A DNA stretch of 64,000 nucleotides from Vicugna vicugna. Lineage: Eukaryota. The stretch covers positions 71,789-135,788 of the forward strand of contig MU057654.1 of NCBI GenBank assembly GCA_013265495.1, in the 5' to 3' direction. The notes beneath the pieces were generated by a model. The model had not been told where the DNA came from and ran no database searches. It saw only the letters and a list, made by a program, of their open reading frames with translations. Below are positions 13,199 to 25,900 of this stretch, in pieces (position 1 is the first letter of the stretch; every line of letters starts with the position of its first letter). The position numbers and the translations under genes are program-made.

Positions 13199-13345
13199 TG
13201 TTAAGGGTTGAATTGTGTTCCCCCAAAATATGTTGAAATCCTAACCACCAATACCTGAGAATATGACCTTGTTTGGAAATAGGGTCATTGCAGATGTAAT
13301 TAGTTAAATTAAGATGAAGCCATACTGGAGCATGGTAGGCCCTGT
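13199..13345 (+). mobile_element. MLT1-like MaLR LTR fragment
   Basis: TGTTAAGGGTTGAATTGTGTTCCCC…GGAAATAGGGTCATTGCAGATGTAATTAGTT. Confidence 0.8.
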
Positions 13346-13399
13346 GGCAAGGAAGCAATGCTCAGAAACTCTCCACCAGGTTTCACTTACAATAAATGC

Positions 13400-16300
13400 C
13401 CTTTACCATGTTTGGGAAGCTCATCTCTATTCCTAGTTTGTTGAGATTTTTTTACCATGTAAGGTTGTTGGTTGTTGTCAAATGCTTTTTCTGCAACCTT
13501 TGAGATAATCATTTGTTTTTTCTTTTCTTTTATAAATAAAATGTATTATATTAATTAATTTTTAGATGTTAAGCAAAACTTGCCTTTCTGGGATATGTTC
13601 CTAGACTCAATTTACTGATATTTTATTAAGGAATTTAATGTCTATGTTCATGTGGGATATGGGTCTGTAGATTAATTTTCTTTTGCCACCTTGGTTCAGC
13701 TTTTATATCAATACTGCTATCATTTTCTGAAACCATTTGTAAATGATTTGGTATTATTATTTATTCTTTAAACATTGATTTAATTTTCTGGTGAAGCCAT
13801 CTAGGCCCAGACTTTCCTTTGTTGGAAGATTGGTAATTACTAATTCATTTTCATTACCTGTTGTTGGCCTGTATAGACTCTCATTTCTTATTGAGCTCAT
13901 TTTGATAATTTGTGTCTTTTCTAAGAATTTGTCCATTTTATCTAGGTTGTCAAATCTGTCGACATAAAGTAGTTCATAGTATTCCTTTAAAATCCTTTCA
14001 CTGTCTATGGAGTTGATAATAATATCTTCCTTTCATGATTCATTTTTGTCATTTGTATCTTTTTTCCATGGTCAGTGTAGCTAATAGTTTAGCATTTTTG
14101 CATATATTTTTCAAAATACCAACTTTGATTTCATTGATTTTCTCTATTGTTTTTCTAATGTCCGTTTAATTGATTTCTGCTATATTCTTTCTTGTGTTGT
14201 ACTGGGTTTAGTTTGGTCTTCTAGCAAGTTGTTTTTTTTTTTCAGATGGAAGTTTAGGTTATTGGTTTGAGACTCTTCTTTTCTGATATAGGTGTTTAAA
14301 TGTATAAACTAATCTCTGAACATTGCCTTGATTGCATTCCAAAACTTTGATGTACTACGATTGAGTATTCATTTCAAAATATTTTCTAATTTCCTTTTCT
14401 GCCTTCACCTATTGTTATTTAGAAGTGTGTTAATTTCTGAATGTTTTGAAATTTCACAAATTTGTTTCTCTCTTGATATTTAAATTAATTCTCTTTGGTC
14501 AGAGATAATACATGGCATGGTTTTCATCCTTTTAAAATTATTGAGACATATTGTGGCTTAGTATATTGTCAATCTTAGAGAATGTCCCATCTGCACTTGA
14601 AAAGAATGTGTATTCTGCATTTGTGGAGTGAAGCATTTTATACACACAGACGCATGCACACACACACACACACACACACACGCTTGTCATATTGGTTGAT
14701 AATGCTGTTTGATTCTTCTGTATTTTTGTTAATTTTCTGTTTAGTTGCTCTAGCAGTGACAATAGAGTTTTGAAGTTTACATCTATTCCTTTTTTCAATT
14801 CTGTCCGTTTTTGTTTCATGTATTTTGGGGCTCTACTTTTGGTACATATACATCTATAATTGTTTTATCTTCCTGAGGTATTGGCCCTTTTATCATTGTG
14901 AAGTATTCTCTAATATCCTAGTGATATTTTTTATCTTAAAATCTATTTTTTTCTAAAATTAATTAATTCAGTCCAATATCCTTATAGTTACAGTTTGCTA
15001 GGCATATCTTTTAAGAATCTGTTACTTTCAAATTATTTGTGTCTTTGAATCTAAGGTGTATCTCTTTAAGACAGCGTATAGTTGAATCTTGCTTTGTTAT
15101 CCTGCCTGTCATCTGCTCCCTTTTGATTAATGTAATTATTGATATGTTTAGATTTTTATTTCTCATTTTGGATGTTTTCTATGTGTCTCCTTTCTTTTCT
15201 TCATCTGTTTTTACTGGGCTCCTTTCTTTAGGTTAAAATTATTTTGAGTACCCATTTTAATTCTTTTGTTGATTTTATGTTTTTATGAGAGTTTTTTTGA
15301 GTTTTTTTGTTAGTGATTGCTCTAGGGATTACAACATGCATCTTAATTTATCATAATCTATTTCAGAGTAATGCTAATTCAATTCTAGACAAAGATAATT
15401 TGCTCAAATAAAACTCCATTCCATCTCTCCCTCCTCTGTGCTGTTGTTACTGAGTCCAAGCTTGTACCATTTGCTGCAGGAGAGGCCAATAAATTGAAAC
15501 AAAGTGTTGGGGCAAGAAAAAGCGACTTTATTCAGAAAGCCAGCAAACTGAGAAAATAGCAGACTAATGTCCTAAAGAACCATCCTAATTTGGGGTAGAA
15601 TTCAAGCTTCTTTTATTCTAGGGGAGGAGGAAATAGGGGGAAGTAAGGTCAGGAGATGAGGTATATCTGCAAGCCCCTGGCACTGGGCTAGAGTCTTAGG
15701 GAGGTTATGCAAGTTCTTTGTTCTTGGTCAGTTGACTCTGATTGACATTAATCTGGTCTGATGTTCCTGCAGAATTCGATAAGCCAAATGTTTTTCTTGC
15801 TCATGTTTCCTTATCACTGCAGGAGAGGTTGAGTTTCTTCAAAAGGGGGCTATTATGTACACCCCAAGCTGTAGGCGAAATTCCTTTAGTGAATAACATG
15901 TCCACATGCAGGGCTAAGCAGAGGCTTATAACTCAGAAGTTAAAGCAGCAACAGAGATAGATACAATATGGAGTCAGAGTTCTTCTTCCCTGTTACACTG
16001 TTATTGTCATATACTATATATGTTATAAATCCAACAATACAGAGTTACAATTATAACTTTGTAACATCTTATGCCTTTTAAAGAATTTAAGAAAATAAAT
16101 GAGAACATATAGTGATGAATTCACTTAAATGAACTCATATATTTACAATTTCTGTTGCTATGCATTTCTTCCTGAGGAGTCAGTTACTGTCTGTGTCATT
16201 TCCTTGCAGCCTGAAGGACTTCCTGTAGTATTTCTTGTAATACAGGTATGCACAACAAATTCTGAGTCTTTCTTTTTTGGGGAATGTCTTTATTTAACCT

Positions 16301-17200
16301 TAGCTTTTAAAGGATAATTTGGCTGGATATAGAAATCTTAGTTGACAGGATTTTTCTACAGCATCATTGCCTCTGACCACATTATTTCCGATAAGAAATT
16401 GGCCACTAATCATCCTGTTGATGCTCTGTATGTGCTGAGTCATTTTTCTTTTGCTGTTTTCAAAGTTTTCTCTTTGTCATTCGTTTTCAGTAGTTTAACT
16501 GTGATGTGTCTAGTTGTAGATCTTTCTGTAATTATTATGCTTGAGGTTGGTTGAGCTTCTTATTACTGTGAAGTTTTTCATCAAAATTTGGGAAGTTTTT
16601 AGGCATTGTTCCTTCAAATATATTTCTGCCCCTGCTCCTCCCCTACTGAAACTCCCATTGCTTAGTAAACTTGATGATGTTCCATAGTTCTCTGAGACTA
16701 TTCATTTTTTTTGTCAGTCTTTTTCTCTCTGTTCTTCAGAGTGGATTACTTCTCATGATATATCTTCCTATTCACCCTTTTTTGATATTATTATTGTTGT
16801 TGCTTTTGCCATTTTAAATATGTTATTGAGCCTCTAGTTAAATTTTCATTTCATTTATTATACCTTATGACTTCAAAGAACCAAATGGAAATTTGGTTAT
16901 TTTATTTCTTTCTCTTTACTGGAGATCCCTATTTGTTGATTAATTGTTGCCACACTTTTGTGTAATTATTTTTAAGTGGTTTCTTTAGTTTTTGAATGTA
17001 TTTATAATCATTGCTTTGAAGGCTTTATCTGCTAACTCCAGTATATGGGCACACTCAAAGACAGTTTCTTTTGACTTTTTTCCATGAGAATGTGTCACAC
17101 ATTATTATTTCTTTGCATGTCTTGTAATATTTTGTTGAAAACTGGAAATTTTTGATAATATGTTTTTGAAACTCTGGCAGTTGTTTCTTTCATTGTTTGT
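13400..17200 (-). mobile_element. Old L1 (ORF1-ORF2 remnants), interrupted by an LTR
   Basis: Minus ORF 14538..14819 contains EYTFFSSADGTFSKIDNIL (L1 endonuclease); T-rich antisense L1 character throughout. Confidence 0.88.
15445..15997. mobile_element. Solo ERV1-class LTR
   Basis: TGTTAC…TGTTACA termini; 4-bp TSD CTGT at 15441-15444 and 15998-16001. Confidence 0.85.
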
Positions 17201-17209
17201 TTACTAGCA

Positions 17210-17620
17210 AACCTAGGCTCACAGATACTGAGAACAAATTAGTGGTTACCAGTGGGGAGAGGGTAGGGGGAGTGGAAAGATAAGAGAATGGGATTAAGAG
17301 GTACAAACTACTAAGTGTAAAATAAATAAGATACAAGTTTGTAATAAGATGCCAATTATATGAAGTTCAAAATCAGGCAATCCTAACCTATGGTATTAGA
17401 TGTCAGGACAGTGGTCACCAGTTTAACATGGACCAGTAGTGACTAGGGAGAGAGAGCTCATAAGTGGCTTCTGGATTTGAATATAGTATTCTGTTTTGTG
17501 ATTTGGTTGCTGATTACACAGATGTGTTCACTTTATAAAATTTCCTTTAACTGTACTCCTATGATTTGTGTACTTTTCTATATATATGTGACACATTAAC
17601 AAATTTTTCAAAAAAAAGTC
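17210..17620 (+). mobile_element. L1 3'UTR fragments
   Basis: ACAGATACTGAGAACAAATTAGTGGTTACCAG, then an older L1 3'UTR ending in an A-run. Confidence 0.7.
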
Positions 17621-17969
17621 TGTAAAATAAAGAACGTCTGAATGAATGGAAATCTATATCATGTTTAGAATACATTATTGAGGAGGCATTATTTTGTGCT
17701 GGAACACTTTAGAAACTTGAACTCAAATAGGTAAAATGTTGAGTAAAATGCATTCTTAATTTAAGTTCCTAATACTTACTTTAAATTCCTGTGATATTTA
17801 TAGCATATGAGCTAAAAGAATGGGTGGGTGTGAATTCTAGAAACATCTAAGAAGGAAAACCATATGTAGCAATACATTCTTGTGAGATGTTATTGCTTAC
17901 TTCCTTTCCCTTTTTCTCATTTCCTACCTCTTTTCCAATAGAAAGCTTCAGTGGGGTGTTGTGGCAGGG

Positions 17970-18270
17970 CTAGAAGTAGAAATGCTTGCAGTCAGTGAGT
18001 CATCCTATTGTCTTTAACTCATTGGATAAATTTAGTGTCGCTGGATGGCATGGAAAAATCTTGGAGGATACTCTTCCATCTCAAGAACTGGAGGTAGCTG
18101 CAAGTGGGTCTAGAGAGGCTGAGCAACCAGTCTTGACAATGATTCAACAACCTGGAGTGTGGAACTGAAAGAATCAGATCATGTGACCCAAAGATATTAT
18201 GCCAGCCAGGATGATGTTTATCTCTAAACTATGTGGCAAGACAATCAATAACTGCAGGGAAAGGTACAAG
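17970..18270 (+). pseudogene. Decayed H2A-like gene with C-terminal docking region
   Basis: LQSVSH; ILEDTLPSQELEVAASGSRE (vs VLEYLTAEILELAGNAARD); GVWN (vs AIRN); SQDDV (vs AQGGV). Confidence 0.55.
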
Positions 18271-19513
18271 ATTCATTGCTAGATAAGCTCAACAGTATTG
18301 ACTCAGATCAGATAGCCTATCAGCTTCACAAGAATGAGTCCAGATTGTTTTAGTTCATTTGAAAGACTTCTCTGATCGCTTTGACCCCTACAATTTGGAA
18401 TCAATTGTAATTCTCTTGGTTTTCCCACAGCATTTCATTTGTTGCTATAGAGGATAGGGCATGTTTCCTACTGTGTGGCTAAGGATCCATTTCCATGGCA
18501 TGTGACTATGTGTGTGCACCAGAGTGGGCTTGTGTCTTGCATGTCTCTGTGTGTGTGTGTGTGTATGTGTGTGTGAGTGAGAGAGAGAGAAATATGTGAA
18601 TTAATAAATGTTTTAGATTATATCCTTTGATGGCTTAAGTGGAAAGATAAACCAAGCCAATCAGGTTAAAAATTCTTATACAGATAAAACTTCGGTACAT
18701 TTTTTATTAATAAGCATTTCTATCCATATTTTATCAGTACACTGATGGTAATGCACATAAATTTGTCATTCAGCTGTTTTATTCCTATAGAATATAAGGT
18801 GTGAGAGATGGGTTTGGCACAACATATTCTGATGATTGAGAGCAAAACAGGTGTTGCCCTGTTTTACAGATGAAGACAGCAATGGAGAGACTTACCCAAA
18901 TTCCCAGAGCTAGTGATGGTTCAGGCACTAGCACCAGGTCTCCTGACTCAACTGCAATGCTCTAACCAGAAGCTCAATTATTATGCTTGATTCTTTCACA
19001 GTAACTTCTCATCAAGAGAACATTTGTCTTCCAGGGGCTCAAAATTATTTATAGACATGAAGTTCATGAACTTTTTGATGTCAACCAAAAGCACAACGCA
19101 AATCAGACAAGAAAACACAATGATTAGATGGTAGAGTTATTAAGCAGAGTATCAGGGAAAAAACCACAAAAGTGTTTTCTGCTTTGGGTCCTGGCACTTT
19201 TGGCTACTAACTAATCTAGCCACTTTGAGCTTCAAACTGAGGTTGGTGGATCAGATAACCTCTAAGACAATTACATTTCTTACAATCATAAAGCAGATGA
19301 AAGAGTTGATTACTAAGAAGATTTTGTCATCTATAAGATAAGCGAAAAGTTCCTGGTGCTAATAGAGAGGGAACTTTCTTCACTACACGTTTGAGATTTT
19401 AGGTTGTCCTTGTCAACTCTCTTACATATGGCTTCAGCATTAGTCACAGGCATTCATTCAATCATCTAAATACAATAAACGTAGTTGTGTACTAGTCATC
19501 CTTCTAGTCCTAA

Positions 19514-20017
19514 TGTTATGCCAATGAAAATTCAACTAACTATCAAGTTAAGAAGAAAAAAAGATAATTTTATTCAAGTCAAATGAAGGATTGTAACCCA
19601 TGAAGCAGAGTCTCAGGAATCTCTGATACCTGTTCCACCTCTTGGAAGTTGAAGTCACAGTTGTATACGTTTTCAAAAAAAGGATCGTACATCAAAATGA
19701 CATGCTGATATTTTACATAAGGTTCATCAAGGATGCATAGTCCAGGTAAGCACGTACAAAGTGAGTCACCATGACCCCTTACAGAGCTGGGAAAGAATGC
19801 TAATCTTTTAAGAAGTTACAATGCTAGAGTCATAAGGAAAAAATATATAATCTTTACAGTCGAGAGGGTACTCTCATCTTTGAGGAGTTCTGGTTAATGT
19901 GTAATACAGATGCACACTCCACATTAGGAAGGGAAGGGGGAGGCCCAAACAAGCACAGAGAGAGAATTTTATCTTTAATTTTTCTTGCCCTGCCTTAAAA
20001 TATAAATTTTATTTCAT
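19514..20017. mobile_element. Solo LTR-like element
   Basis: TGTTATG…TTTCA termini, ~500 bp, LTR-like composition; no clear TSD. Confidence 0.6.
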
Positions 20018-20490
20018 TGGTTCAAAGCAGGATGTGAAGTGAGGGGTTACATGAAGTCAGTTGAATGCCCTATGTGGTAAATGCTGTATTGGGCACCCTA
20101 AACTGGTTGTTTCTTTAGCTACTCCAAATACTTCACTGATCTAAGAAAAAAAAAGAATCATTGCTCATATTAAACAAATAAATAAATAGGTACAGAGAGG
20201 CTAAGGGCATTTTTAAGGTAACGAGATTAATAAGAGGCATAATATGAATTCTAATTCACGTTTGACACTCAAGCCTAGACTGTCCCTCTACCACACTGCC
20301 TCTTAGAGTGCATGCAACTGAAATAATTGCACAACTGCTTTTCTTCAAGACATTCATTCTACTGTGAAATACAGCAAAAGCACTTTGTGTATACTTATTC
20401 CATCACACAGAATATTAAAAATACACATCCTCAATAGTTGGGCTCTAATAAAATTAATTTAATTTTAACTGATTCATAGAGAATATTCTT

Positions 20491-20627
20491 TTTTTACTTT
20501 GTGGGTGGTAATTAGATTTGTTTGTTTGTTTGTTTGTTTGTTTTTAGAGGAGGTACTGGGGATTGAACTCAGGACCTTGTTGTGCATGCTAAACATACGC
20601 TCTACCACTTGAGCTATACCCTCCCCC
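20491..20627 (-). mobile_element. tRNA-derived SINE, Vic-1-like
   Basis: Minus GGGGAGGGTATAGCTCAAGTGGTAGAG…GAGTTCAATCCCCAGTACCTCC (A/B boxes); TSD TAGAGAATATTCTT / TAGAGGATGTTCTT. Confidence 0.9.
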
Positions 20628-20702
20628 TATAGAGGATGTTCTTAAGTGAAGTATTTTTTTCTTTTACTATAACTATGTACAGTTGAAGAATTAATGAATG
20701 CT

Positions 20703-20848
20703 GGGGGCAGGGAGGGTATAGCTCAGTGGTAGAGCATATACCTAGCATGCACAAGGTCCTGAGTTCAACCCCCAGTACCTCCATTAAATAAACAAACAAA
20801 CAAACAAACAAACCTAATTACCCCCACAAAAAATATTAAAAAGAAAAA
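20703..20848 (+). mobile_element. tRNA-derived SINE, Vic-1-like
   Basis: GGGAGGGTATAGCTCAGTGGTAGAG…GAGTTCAACCCCCAGTACCTCC, (AAAC)n and A tail; TSD AATTAATGAATG / AATTAATGAACG. Confidence 0.9.
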
Positions 20849-20989
20849 AATTAATGAACGTTAATACAGTGTGGTGCCAGAGCTTTGATTCATGTTCAGA
20901 TATCTTTTCCACTGTTTTGATATTTGCACATTGGTGATGCAAAAGGAATGGTGAGTAAACCTGGAAATCAAGTTGCCAGTAAGTTTAAC

Positions 20990-21260
20990 AATTTATGTAA
21001 AACTGGAAAAGATCCCTTGAAAAACGAAACTATCTAAATGGATCCAAGATGAAACAGAAATTCTGAACAGTCATATTTATTAAAGAAATTGAACCTGTAA
21101 TTAAAAATTTATCCAAAAAGAAACCTCCAGAACCAGACAGGTTCACTGGTGAATTCTTCCAAACATTTCAAAGAGAAATGATACAAATCATACACAAATT
21201 ATTTAAGATAACAGAAAAGATAAAATGCTTCTCAACTTGTTTTGTGAGTCCGGAATATTC
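20990..21260 (+). mobile_element. L1 ORF2 fragment
   Basis: GAAATTGAACCTGTAATTAAAAAT…CCAGACAGGTTCACTGGTGAATTC (PGPDGFTGEF region). Confidence 0.8.
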
Positions 21261-21603
21261 TTTTTGGAGAGCATTTTGCAGTTTTTCCAGCCCCATATTT
21301 TCAACACTATAACTGATGGGAAACACCATCACAGATACTACACACATACATGCAGTACAGTAAATCCACCCATATAATGCTTCCTGGGGGATGGTTGGAA
21401 AGTCTAATAAAAACAGATTGTTAAGTAAGTGAATATTTACTGATCACTTACAAAGTATCAGCTATCCTATTTAGTGTTTTGAAATATTATCTCGTTTACT
21501 CTTCACTATAGGCATAAGGAGTAAGTATCATTCTCATCATCACTTTAGAAATGATAATATGGGGGCTTGGAACAAAAGGAGGTCTTGTTAAATATCATGC
21601 TAC

Positions 21604-22047
21604 TGTCAACTGAAAAAAAATGCACAACCTAAAAGTAGAGAATTATGTTTTATTTGGAGGACTTTCTGAGAACTCAAGCCTGGGAAGCAGCCTCTCAGAT
21701 GGCGCTGAGGGACTGCTCTGAGGAGGTAAGGGAGCAGCCAGGATATATAGAGGGTTTCACAAGAAAAACCAGGTAGTTGGAACATCAAAAGATGACTGTT
21801 AATTAAAGAAAACCAGACATCTCAAGTAAATGAATTGAACACTTTTGTATCTGTGGGAAGATGCAAGAGTCTGAACTTAACTAAATCATTCCGTTGGTAT
21901 GTACCTTAGCTATCTAGGGCCAGTATCCTGTTTTTCTCCATCTTGAATCCCTTCAGGGTGCACAGTTCGGGGAGGCTGCAGTGGCTGATGGCTTGATGGC
22001 CGCAGAATCCTTTGTTTACTGATGCAGCAGGTGACATACTTCCACAC
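21604..22047. mobile_element. Solo ERV LTR (a related partial copy lies at ~34645-34925)
   Basis: TGTCAAC…CCACA termini; shares CAGACATCTCAAGT, GATGCAAGA, CTATCTAGGGC and GCTGCAGTGGCT with 34.7 kb. Confidence 0.75.
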
Positions 22048-22139
22048 AACAACCAGTTGTGCCTAGGTTTAAACTCTAGTTTATCAGATTCCAAATCCCA
22101 CAACCCTGGCCACAAGGTTATAGTGAGTATGACTGTGTT

Positions 22140-22480
22140 AGAGCTGAGGCCAGCATAGGAAAAGTGACTGATCCAAGGTCCTGTGGTCAGTGATGGGTCT
22201 GCTTGGGGCTCTTGGGGCCCAAGTATCCTGGCTTCAATCTGCCCAGCAGACTCTTTATTAGGTGTTTTTCCCATCGAATGTCTCTTCTATCTACAAAGTT
22301 CAATGGGAATCTGCTTTTCTCACATTCAGCCTACAAGGTACAAAAACAAGAAAGGACACAACATGAGATCTATCCTCTTAACACATCCAAAAGAAGATTT
22401 TTCTTTTAAAGAAACAAGGAAAGGATTGCACATAGGATTAAAAAAAAAGCATGATGTTTTTCCTCCATTATTTCAATCAG
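22140..22480 (+). pseudogene. Tentative H2A-like remnant
   Basis: IQGPV (vs LQFPV), frameshifted GA-V-LASI (vs GAPVYLAAV), NKK. Confidence 0.3.
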
Positions 22481-22761
22481 AGAATATATCCTAGAAGACA
22501 AAAATGGCACCAAAGCTCATATGTTATCCAAAACTGTGTGTTTGAGTTTGTGATGCTACATTCTAGATGCCATCTATGACAGCAATGCCCTGTGTTCTGT
22601 GTCCGATTCATCTCTTTCATGAAAGGGAGGAGGCAGAGTGGGGAAAGTACAAGCATTTGTTGAAATCCTATTATATAGCACTCATGATTCCTCAATTTTC
22701 TCCTCACAACGTATCTATGAAGCATGAAACCACATTTGCATTTTACAGATGATGAAGCTCA

Positions 22762-23150
22762 AGCTCTGAAAGGGTCACATCATCCAGGGTCAAACATCTG
22801 TGGGTAACTGGATTGTGTCTCTATCTCTTGTCCACTCCACAGGGCATGCAGGGCCCACAGTTTTAGACAATGAGCTTTCTGGTTTAAGGACTATTAATCA
22901 TAAATACCACCTGGGTGACAAAGGTTATGGTGGAGATGGAATCTTTGCTTAATCTTAACAGCTTATTCATACTACTTATTATTATTCCCATTATTCGGAT
23001 CAGATTATAGCAGTTAGGAGATGGTTAAGTAAATCAGGGAACCAGCCTTGTAAATGCCTGTGCAGTAAAGCTGGAATTACCTAAAGCTTTCCCATTGTGT
23101 TCTGAAGTCTCCAGGGCTCTAAATGCTCTAATCTGGGCAATCGATAATGG
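22762..23150 (-). pseudogene. Decayed H2A-like gene with stem-loop remnant (paralogue of 9000-9280)
   Basis: MNKLL, frameshifted VTQGGI (vs IAQGGV); minus GACCCTTTCAGAGC at ~22777-22764; nucleotide similarity to 9130-9360. Confidence 0.55.
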
Positions 23151-23959
23151 CTCAGTTTCTATTACAATGATTTGTATTGTTTTAAAATCAACAAACTAAT
23201 GAAAAAAATTAAATACTTTCTGTTTGGCAAAATATGTAACAGTTGACTGAAAATCCAAGAGAAAGTATCTGCAGAAAAAGCAGGGTTTATATCAATAGTT
23301 TATGAAGCATGCTTGCTATTAAACAGGGAGAGATGGGCAGATGATAAGAACAGAGTATTCATTTAAGGAAACATCAACATTCATGCCCAATAAATATCTG
23401 AAAGTATTCCAAAACAAATTAGCTAATGAAATGCAAATCAAAATTCTGAGAATATGTATGAGATGCCAATATGGAAAAAGAATATGTGGCTGTGAATACA
23501 TATTTGTATATATGTAAATACAAATTAATACATCATTTACAGAGAACCACAAACATTCTTGGAGAACATGTACCAAATCTACAGACAATAGACAACTTTA
23601 GGTCAGGGATGGAAATTAGGCAGGTGGAGGATACAGGATAATTTCATTTTATAAATATTCATTTCTATATTGTTTAAAATATTGTAATTAGGAAAATTAT
23701 TGAGATAAAAATTCAAAACAAACAAGAAAATACTTTAAAGAAATGTATTCATGATGTTATTGCTTTAGAAATATATTGAAAGTAGATTTTATGGGGAAAA
23801 AAGTAAATTTAGCAAATTTATTTGAAAACAGGTATTTAAGTGCGATTATTTATCCTTGTCTATTTCTATGGTGGAGATTGATCAGTGAATCTGTGTGTCT
23901 GTGCATTTGTGTATGTTTCTATGTCTCAAACTCTTTCACCCCAAATATTAACATGCTCA

Positions 23960-24200
23960 TATATACAGCCTCCTCATCAGGGCTGTAGTTCATGTCTGGA
24001 GTTTAAGCATCAAATATCTTAGAAAGTTATGGATTTACAGGGATTGCTGCCAATGCGTGGAAAATTCCAGAAAACTCTGCTGATGTCATCAAGCACAGAC
24101 CCCCTTCTCTCACTCCCACACCCCTTGCTGGACTCCTGGTCTAAGACTTTCATAGCTGAGATTCTGGCACCATCTGATGTATGGGCTCCATTTTCTACAT
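23960..24200 (+). pseudogene. Decayed H2A-like gene (diverged paralogue of 10600-10860 and 24860-25110)
   Basis: GL*F (vs GLQF) and FIAEIL (vs LTAEIL); shares TTCCAGAAAA and CCTGGTCT with the other two copies. Confidence 0.5.
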
Positions 24201-24399
24201 GTTTTCTCCTCCATCTTCTACATGTCTTTCCTCCAATGAAAAGGCATATTTGGAAAGAGAAACAGAATGATATTTCTGAACCCCAAATTTCAAATAGTAC
24301 TTTCAGTAGAGTTCCCAATTCTTTTTGAACAAGTGCTGACATGTTACTTTCTCTGATGGGATCTCACTCCCAGACAGAGTGGGATGCAGAGTGAAGCGT

Positions 24400-24722
24400 A
24401 AGGCAACTTTTGGAATGCTTTAATTCTTGTTGGTCCTCAATGGCAGTAACAAGAAGTTTTAGATACACTGTCCTTTAGATCTTTGCTGGGTCATGAGTCA
24501 AAGTGGGAGATTTCTGGACTGGTTTTCTGTCTAATCTCAAGAAGAGTGACTCATCCCACTTAGTCTTCCTATTATTCTCTGTGTCTGAATCATAACCCTT
24601 GAAATAGTGTGGAGTTTCTTTTTAATATACCACCTCTTCTAGTTGTGGAGCTCTGGATACAGAAAGATACATAGATGATCATATGCGAGAACAGAAATGA
24701 GAAAGCTCTTATTGGAGCAACA
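24400..24722 (+). pseudogene. Tentative H2B-like remnant with stem-loop-like hairpin
   Basis: VMS…FLDWFSV*S (vs H2B.W VMD…ILDRIATEA); AAAGCTCTTATTGGAGCAAC at 24702-24721. Confidence 0.3.
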
Positions 24723-24879
24723 GCATATTCACTCACCAACCCCTTTGCATGAGGAATATGACAGAGGAGATGAAATCTTGCCCCTTCTGCCTAGAGACCT
24801 GGGTGTCCGGTCACATCTGTTGTATACTCCTGCCCCCACCCCCCCAGGAATCCTCACACACTCATAAGTACAGCTTTCT

Positions 24880-25110
24880 CTTCAGTTAAGAGCAGGGCTG
24901 GACATCCAATCTCAGGTTCAAACATCTCAGAAAATGACGGACACAGAGAGGCTGCTCAGAGTAGGTGCAAAATTCCAGAAAATACTGGCTGATATACCAC
25001 TAAGCCAAGATCCCAACCTCCTCCTCTTCCTACCCCTTGCTGAAGACCCTGGTCGGAGACTCTCAGAACTGTAATCCTGGATCTGGCCACCAGGTGGCAT
25101 CCATACCCAT
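24880..25110 (+). pseudogene. Decayed H2A-like gene
   Basis: RAGL…RVGAKFQKILADI (vs RAGL…RVGAGAPVYLAAV) in one frame from 24889; ILDLA (vs ILELA) at ~25074. The paralogue at 10640-10900 has TRAG. Confidence 0.55.
25070..25100 (+). promoter_or_regulatory. CTCF motif with upstream motif
   Basis: TGTAATCCT-N5-TGGCCACCAGGTGGCA. Confidence 0.75.
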
Positions 25111-25644
25111 TTTTCTTTTTAAGGAGAAAGTAACAAGTGTTTAAGCAAAGAGTAACAAGTGTTATGAAACGGTTTATTTACTATGACACGAATTCTTTAC
25201 AGAAAATTCATATGTATATTAAAGCAGTTTCATTTTCTGTTGACCCCAAGTCTACTTCGCGTTCACTCATGTATCTCTTCCCTCATCAGTGTAGGTTGAC
25301 GTGTCCACACCGTAGAGGGGGTCCCTCCCAGGAAGCAGGGCATTCACCCTCCATTACTCTGCCCCTGTACCACCTCCCTGACATTCTCACACCTGCTGTC
25401 TGTCATCCCCTGTGCAGGACACTGGACACAGCTGCCCAGACCCCTCTCCAGTGCCCCCTCTCTCAGTCACCACCAGCCTGCCCTGCGCTGCCCTTCTCTT
25501 GTCTACTGCCAAGGTGCTACCGTTACCTGGTGTTTCATTGTATGCAGGTCCCAGAGTATATGTTTTTACAGTCTTTTTTTACACCTGTCAGTTTTTTTCC
25601 GACAGAATTAGACTCCTTCTATACATTGGTTCAGAGGCTGGTTT

Positions 25645-25900
25645 TTAATGGTGGGTACTGTATATTTTTTCCTTCTTGAATAAATTCTTTGCAGAGAAAA
25701 TTTTGAATTGAGGTATGTTGGTGCCACCTGGTGACAGAAATCTAAACTGCAGCTTGAACAGGAAGGCAGGAGGGAGCCGCTGTGGCCAAAACCCACCAGT
25801 CAGAGCTTTCTGGAAGTCTGGGTGGAAAGACGGGAGTGGGGTGGGGGACACACTGCCAGTGTGCTGGGCTACTGACAGCTTCCAGACAGAAAGTGCAGCC
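25645..25900 (-). pseudogene. Tentative H2B-like remnant
   Basis: ORF 25645..25851: FHPDFQKAL, RFLSPG, KIYSTHH* (vs VHPD…KAM, RLLLPG, TKYTSSK*). Confidence 0.4.
25721..25751 (-). promoter_or_regulatory. CTCF motif (reverse) with upstream motif
   Basis: Minus strand TGCAGTTTA-N6-TGTCACCAGGTGGCAC. Confidence 0.7.

Noticed and set aside
20703..20785. tRNA gene
   Set aside because: The A/B boxes belong to a SINE with a tail and TSD, present in several copies.
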